Shown: one piece after another, positions 59,835-64,000 of the stretch | Layout of the letters: the number at the start of each line of letters is the position of its first letter | How positions within the stretch are numbered: position 1 is the first letter of the stretch | From: Parcubacteria group bacterium LiPW_15 | GTDB lineage: Bacteria; Patescibacteriota; Minisyncoccia; UBA6257; 2-01-FULL-56-20 | Assembly (NCBI GenBank): GCA_007375645.1 | Contig: VMER01000003.1 | Location: 10,008-74,007 of the forward strand | Direction of reading: 5' to 3' | DNA length: 64,000 nt | Translations under genes and position numbers: made by a program | The notes under the pieces: model-generated | Databases searched by the model: none | The model's input: the letters and a program-made list of their open reading frames with translations, nothing else | What the model was told of the DNA's origin: nothing

Positions 59835-61580
59835 ATGGATAAAAATAATAATTTGGATGGTATCAGGCACTCTCTGGCGCATCTGCTCGCGGCGGCTGTC
59901 AGAGAACTCTATCCTGGTTCGCAAAACGCTATCGGACCTGCGATAGAAAATGGCTTTTACCAGGATTTTGAAATGTCCGAACAAATCTCAGACGCCGATT
60001 TGTTGAAAATTGAAACGAAGATGCGCGAACTTCTACCGGACTGGAAAGAATGGGATAAAAAAGTCGTATCCCTGGATGAAGTAAAAAAAGAATTCGGGTG
60101 GAATAAATATAAAATAGAACTGGCGGAAGAATTCGCGAAGGATGAAAAAACCCTTACATTTTTCACTTGCGGCGGGTTCATAGATCTGTGTAAGGGCGGA
60201 CACAATTTGCCGCCAGCGAAGATAGATCCCGAAAGCTTTAAGCTGGAACGCGTAGCAGGCGCCTATTGGCGGGGCGATGAAAAGAACAAAATGCTAACTC
60301 GCATTTATGGACTAGCTTTCGGAACCAAGGAGGAGTTAGGCGCGTATCTCAAGATGATGGAAGAAGCGAAAAAGCGCGACCACAAAAAACTCGGCCCCGA
60401 ATTGGATATTTTCGTATTCTCCGAACTGGTCGGACCCGGACTCCCGCTCTGGACTCCGAAGGGAACCCTAATAAGAAACCTTTTGGATGATTTCGTCTGG
60501 GAACTCAGAGAAAAACGCGGTTATGAAAAAGTAGAAATTCCGCATATCACCAAAAAAGACCTCTACGAGAAAAGCGGCCACTGGGAAAAATACAAAGACG
60601 ATCTTTTTAAGATAACCACGCGCGAGGGACATCAATTTGCGATGAAGCCGATGAACTGCCCGCACCACACCCAGATATATGCCAGGAAGCCTTGGAGCTA
60701 CAGGGAACTTCCTCAACGCTACGCCAACACGACCACTTGTTATCGAGATGAACAGACCGGAGAACTGTCGGGTCTTTCCCGCGTTCGCGCGTTCGCCCAA
60801 GACGATGCCCATGTATTTTGCCGAATGGAGCAGGCCAAAGAAGAATTTTTGAAGATTTGGGATATTATCCACGAATTTTATCCGAAGTTTGGATTTGATC
60901 TGCGCGTCCGCCTTTCGATCCACGACCCGGCAAACCCCGAAAAATATTTGGGTAACAAAGAAAATTGGGACATAGCCGAAAAAATTTTGCGGGATATCGT
61001 GACCGAAAAGAAAGTGGATTGGTTTGAGGGTTTGGGCGAAGCGGCCTTCTACGGCCCGAAACTCGATTTTATGGCCAAGGATTCTCTGGGACGCGAGTGG
61101 CAGGTAGCGACGATACAACTCGACATGAACATGCCGGAAAGGTTTGATCTGATCTGCACGAACGAGAAGGGCGAAGCGGAAAGGATCGTTATGATCCACG
61201 CGGCCATAATGGGCTCGATAGAAAGATTTTTATCGATTGCGATAGAGCACTTCGCAGGAGCATTCCCGCTCTGGCTCGCGCCGGTTCAAGCGGCAATAAT
61301 CCCGGTAGGCGAGAAATTCGCTGGCTTCGCGGAAAAAGTTATGAACAGCTTGACAGCCCAGGGCATTCGCGCGGAAATTTATGCCGCTGACGAGACCTTG
61401 GGTAAGCGTGTTCGAGAAGCGGAAATGCAAAAGATCCCCTACGTGCTGGTGGTGGGCGAAAAAGAAGAATCCGCGGGCGAAGTAAATGTGCGCCACTACA
61501 GGCGCGGACAGGAAGGAACTCTGTCTATAAAAGAAGTTGCGGAGAAAATAAAAAAAGAAATCGACGAAAAAACTATTTAA
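59835..61580 (+). CDS. thrS: Threonyl-tRNA synthetase (no TGS domain)
   Basis: RHSLAH, DLCKGGH, KPMNCP, FYGPK, HAAIMGSIER. Confidence 0.97.
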   Translation: MDKNNNLDGIRHSLAHLLAAAVRELYPGSQNAIGPAIENGFYQDFEMSEQISDADLLKIETKMRELLPDWKEWDKKVVSLDEVKKEFGWNKYKIELAEEFAKDEKTLTFFTCGGFIDLCKGGHNLPPAKIDPESFKLERVAGAYWRGDEKNKMLTRIYGLAFGTKEELGAYLKMMEEAKKRDHKKLGPELDIFVFSELVGPGLPLWTPKGTLIRNLLDDFVWELREKRGYEKVEIPHITKKDLYEKSGHWEKYKDDLFKITTREGHQFAMKPMNCPHHTQIYARKPWSYRELPQRYANTTTCYRDEQTGELSGLSRVRAFAQDDAHVFCRMEQAKEEFLKIWDIIHEFYPKFGFDLRVRLSIHDPANPEKYLGNKENWDIAEKILRDIVTEKKVDWFEGLGEAAFYGPKLDFMAKDSLGREWQVATIQLDMNMPERFDLICTNEKGEAERIVMIHAAIMGSIERFLSIAIEHFAGAFPLWLAPVQAAIIPVGEKFAGFAEKVMNSLTAQGIRAEIYAADETLGKRVREAEMQKIPYVLVVGEKEESAGEVNVRHYRRGQEGTLSIKEVAEKIKKEIDEKTI

Positions 61581-61664
61581 ATATAAAAATGATTAACCCG
61601 GACAGTCCAATGGACTGTCCGGGTTTTGGTTTGGCCGGGCTTTTAACCGACCGGGTCGAAAGGG

Positions 61665-61814
61665 CTACGCGACCCCGGAATCCCCGAACCTGTCGGGAAC
61701 GCGCGGGGGAAGCGCGTCGATGTTGAAGAGCTTCTTGAGCGTGAAAACCATCGCCACGAGGAAACCCGTCACAGCGAGCCCTACGAGAGTCGAATCGGAC
61801 GTCTTCTTTTTCAT
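61665..61814 (-). CDS. Small single-TM protein
   Basis: AAGGAG SD + ATG 61814; 49 aa. Confidence 0.55.
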   Translation of the reverse strand: MKKKTSDSTLVGLAVTGFLVAMVFTLKKLFNIDALPPRVPDRFGDSGVA

Positions 61815-61827
61815 GAGAGACTCCTTC

Positions 61828-62214
61828 TTAGAGGACCATGGTGATCCGGTCTGCGGGAACCGAGAATCGATTCCCGAAACCGTCCGTGAGAGAAACCAAC
61901 TCCCGATAGCTCCGGGAAAGCTTGGATCCCGTGATCCTCGCTCGCCGCCGAACCGGACGGCCGGACCGCGGGTTCTGAAGGTAAAAGACCTCACGACCGA
62001 TCTCAATTGGCAACCGGGCGGGCGAAACCGCCATGGAACACGTCCTTTCTTCGGGTACGACAGGGGTCTCCGGCACGATGTCGGGTTCCGGCACCGAACC
62101 GAATTCTGCGACCCCTCGCGCCGCCGCCCGCAACATACTGGCGACGAGAATTGCGAAAAGCGAGATGATGAGAACGCCGAGCGAAGCCATCATGAGGACA
62201 CTGTGACGATCCAT
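61828..62214 (-). CDS. Membrane-anchored hypothetical protein
   Basis: GAGGAG SD; N-terminal TM. Confidence 0.6.
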   Translation of the reverse strand: MDRHSVLMMASLGVLIISLFAILVASMLRAAARGVAEFGSVPEPDIVPETPVVPEERTCSMAVSPARLPIEIGREVFYLQNPRSGRPVRRRARITGSKLSRSYRELVSLTDGFGNRFSVPADRITMVL

Positions 62215-62280
62215 CTGTCGGATCTCCTCTCAATTGTTTATTCGAAGGGCTTGAGGTATGTTTTATCATATATGTTCGAG

Positions 62281-63168
62281 ATGTCAACGAAACTTCCGAA
62301 AATAATCGTCATCCTGGGTCCGACCGCGACCGGTAAATCCGATTTTGCCGTAGACTTGGCAAAGCAATTTGGCGGGGAAATAATTTCCGCGGATTCCCGC
62401 CAAGTATATAAAGGGCTTGATTTGGGCACCGGAAAGATAACTAAGCGTGAGATGCGCGGCGTCCCCCACCACTTACTGGATGTTGCTTCCGCAAATCGTG
62501 TTTTTACCGCTTCCGATTATGCGAGACTCGCGAAGCATGCCATTTCAAAAATAGCCGGCAAGGGCAAACTACCGATAATCTGCGGAGGTACCGGATTTTA
62601 TATAGTGGCGGCACTCGAAAGACAGAGCCTTGCTCCCGTTCCGCCGAATACCGCGCTCCGCAAGAAACTCACAAAGAAATCTGCCTCGAAATTATTCTCA
62701 ATTCTAAAGAAAATAGACCCTGAGCGCGCCCGAACCATTGATGCCAAAAATTCGCATCGTCTTATCCGCGCGATAGAGATTGCCAAAGCTATCGGCAAGT
62801 CCCCGGCGAGAAATAGAGAAGAGGAATATGACGCTCTAAAAATCGGCCTTAACTTCCCGCTTGAGACGCTAAAAAGACGCATTGACCTGCGACTCAAGAA
62901 ACGTCTCCGCCTAGGACTCATAAAAGAGGTGGAGCATCTTCACGAGAAAGGCTTGAGCTTCAAACGAATGGAGGCTCTGGGTTTGGAGTATCGTTATATT
63001 TCGAGATTTCTTCGCGGGATATTAACCAGAAAACAAATGGAGGAGGAACTTTCCCGAGAGATATTTAAATTCGCCAAAAGACAGAACACCTGGTTTAAAA
63101 AAGATAATAGCATCCACTGGGTGAAAAATATAAAAGAGGCGAAGATTCTAATAAAGAAATTTCTTTAG
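62281..63168 (+). CDS. miaA: tRNA dimethylallyltransferase
   Basis: GPTATGKS, ISADSRQVY, GGTGFY, AKRQ.TWF. Confidence 0.96.
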   Translation: MSTKLPKIIVILGPTATGKSDFAVDLAKQFGGEIISADSRQVYKGLDLGTGKITKREMRGVPHHLLDVASANRVFTASDYARLAKHAISKIAGKGKLPIICGGTGFYIVAALERQSLAPVPPNTALRKKLTKKSASKLFSILKKIDPERARTIDAKNSHRLIRAIEIAKAIGKSPARNREEEYDALKIGLNFPLETLKRRIDLRLKKRLRLGLIKEVEHLHEKGLSFKRMEALGLEYRYISRFLRGILTRKQMEEELSREIFKFAKRQNTWFKKDNSIHWVKNIKEAKILIKKFL

Positions 63169-63211
63169 TCGTCCGCGGCCCTAGGGCGCGCCAAAGCGCC
63201 CCGAGATAAAA

Positions 63212-63247
63212 TCAAGGCGAGTCTCATATATGAGACTCGCCTTGATC
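63212..63247. terminator. Perfect palindrome between convergent miaA and gatB
   Basis: ATCAAGGCGAGTCTCATATATGAGACTCGCCTTGAT. Confidence 0.7.
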
Positions 63248-63287
63248 GATAAGCAACGGGAAAATCCAATTGGTTTCCGAGCAGTAA

Positions 63288-64000
63288 TTATTTTCCTAAA
63301 AGCTCCTTGAGGAGCGGTTGAAGTTCCGCAGGCTTTGCCGCGCCCTTAGTCTTCTTCATCACTTGACCCACAAGGAATTGCAGGCTGGCTTCTTTTCCTT
63401 TTTTATAATCTGCCACGGCATTCGGATTTTCGGCTATCGCTTCTTCTGCCGCTTTTCGGAGAACGTCCCCGCCCACGCTTTCGTTCTTCGAGGCCAGTTC
63501 TTCCACATCCGCACCGGTCTTGAACATAACCGAGAGCATTTCCTTGGCTTGCCGGCTGGTTATCTTTCCGGCTTGAAGCAGGGAAACCAAGTGCGCCAGA
63601 TGCTCGGGAACGACTTTGCATTCCCCGATGGACACCCCGTCTTCTTTCATCAGCCCCTTTAAGTCGCTCGTTAAATAGTTATAGAGGAGACCAACGTCCG
63701 CATTTCTACCCTGTGGTGAGCCAGTCGAATCCATTTTCTCCTTCAGCTCCGAAACCGCTTCCTCGTAATAATTGGCGAGGTCCTCTTCGTCTACCAAAAG
63801 TTCGACCTGAGATTCGGCAAGCCCGTACTCGGTTTTAAATCTATCCCGCTTGGCCTCCGGTAATTCCGGAAGCTCCGCGCGCAGCTTCTCTATTTCAAAC
63901 TGATCGGTTGAAAACGGCGGCAGGTCTGGATCGGGGAAATATCTGTATTCATGCGCGCTCTCTTTGGAGCGTTGGCTGAAGGTGGTTTTTTTAACATCGT
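63288..64000 (-). CDS. gatB: Asp/Glu-tRNA amidotransferase subunit B (3' part; start outside window)
   Basis: QRSKESAHEYRYFPDPDLPP and FLVGQVMKKTKG. Confidence 0.95.
   Translation of the reverse strand, partial: DVKKTTFSQRSKESAHEYRYFPDPDLPPFSTDQFEIEKLRAELPELPEAKRDRFKTEYGLAESQVELLVDEEDLANYYEEAVSELKEKMDSTGSPQGRNADVGLLYNYLTSDLKGLMKEDGVSIGECKVVPEHLAHLVSLLQAGKITSRQAKEMLSVMFKTGADVEELASKNESVGGDVLRKAAEEAIAENPNAVADYKKGKEASLQFLVGQVMKKTKGAAKPAELQPLLKELLGK

Noticed and set aside
61720-62280. N-terminal extension of MiaA (also ThrS 59622, TatD 51908, STAND 14385, kinase 51480)
   Set aside because: The extensions overlap opposite-strand genes or regulatory leaders; conserved motifs start at downstream start codons.

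Overview
Chromosomal window that looks like a small-genome Patescibacteria/Parcubacteria (CPR) bacterium. This is an inference from gene repertoire, leader style and the family of exported orphan proteins. Bases 1-22,000 are a tandem array of at least two integrative elements. Both junctions (6427-6453, 21974-22000) read GTTCTAA-N15-GGAGC and point to insertion at the 3' end of a tRNA, probably tRNA-Asn, that lies left of the window. The elements carry a large serine recombinase whose C-terminus crosses the att site, a SpoVG/HTH replication-like module, a type III R-M system, two nuclease-STAND (Avs-like) proteins (one apparently in two parts) and a HEPN-like protein. From 22 to 36 kb are small accessory and membrane genes and a broken surface-repeat gene. 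From 36 to 64 kb is housekeeping DNA: lepA, leuS, serS, thrS with a T-box, miaA, gatB, gap, rpiB, ahpC, tatD and three tRNAs. The most unusual signal is a stand-alone ~690-nt transcription unit (53,097 to 52,408, minus strand) with no long ORF. It contains three SD-led pentapeptide minigenes, MSGFT, MSGFV and MSGFN, in repeated hairpin modules. Also notable are a ~120-bp repeat whose ends are copied from whichever tRNA it neighbours and a possible ultrashort-stem-I T-box. All calls were made by eye; no database searches were run.
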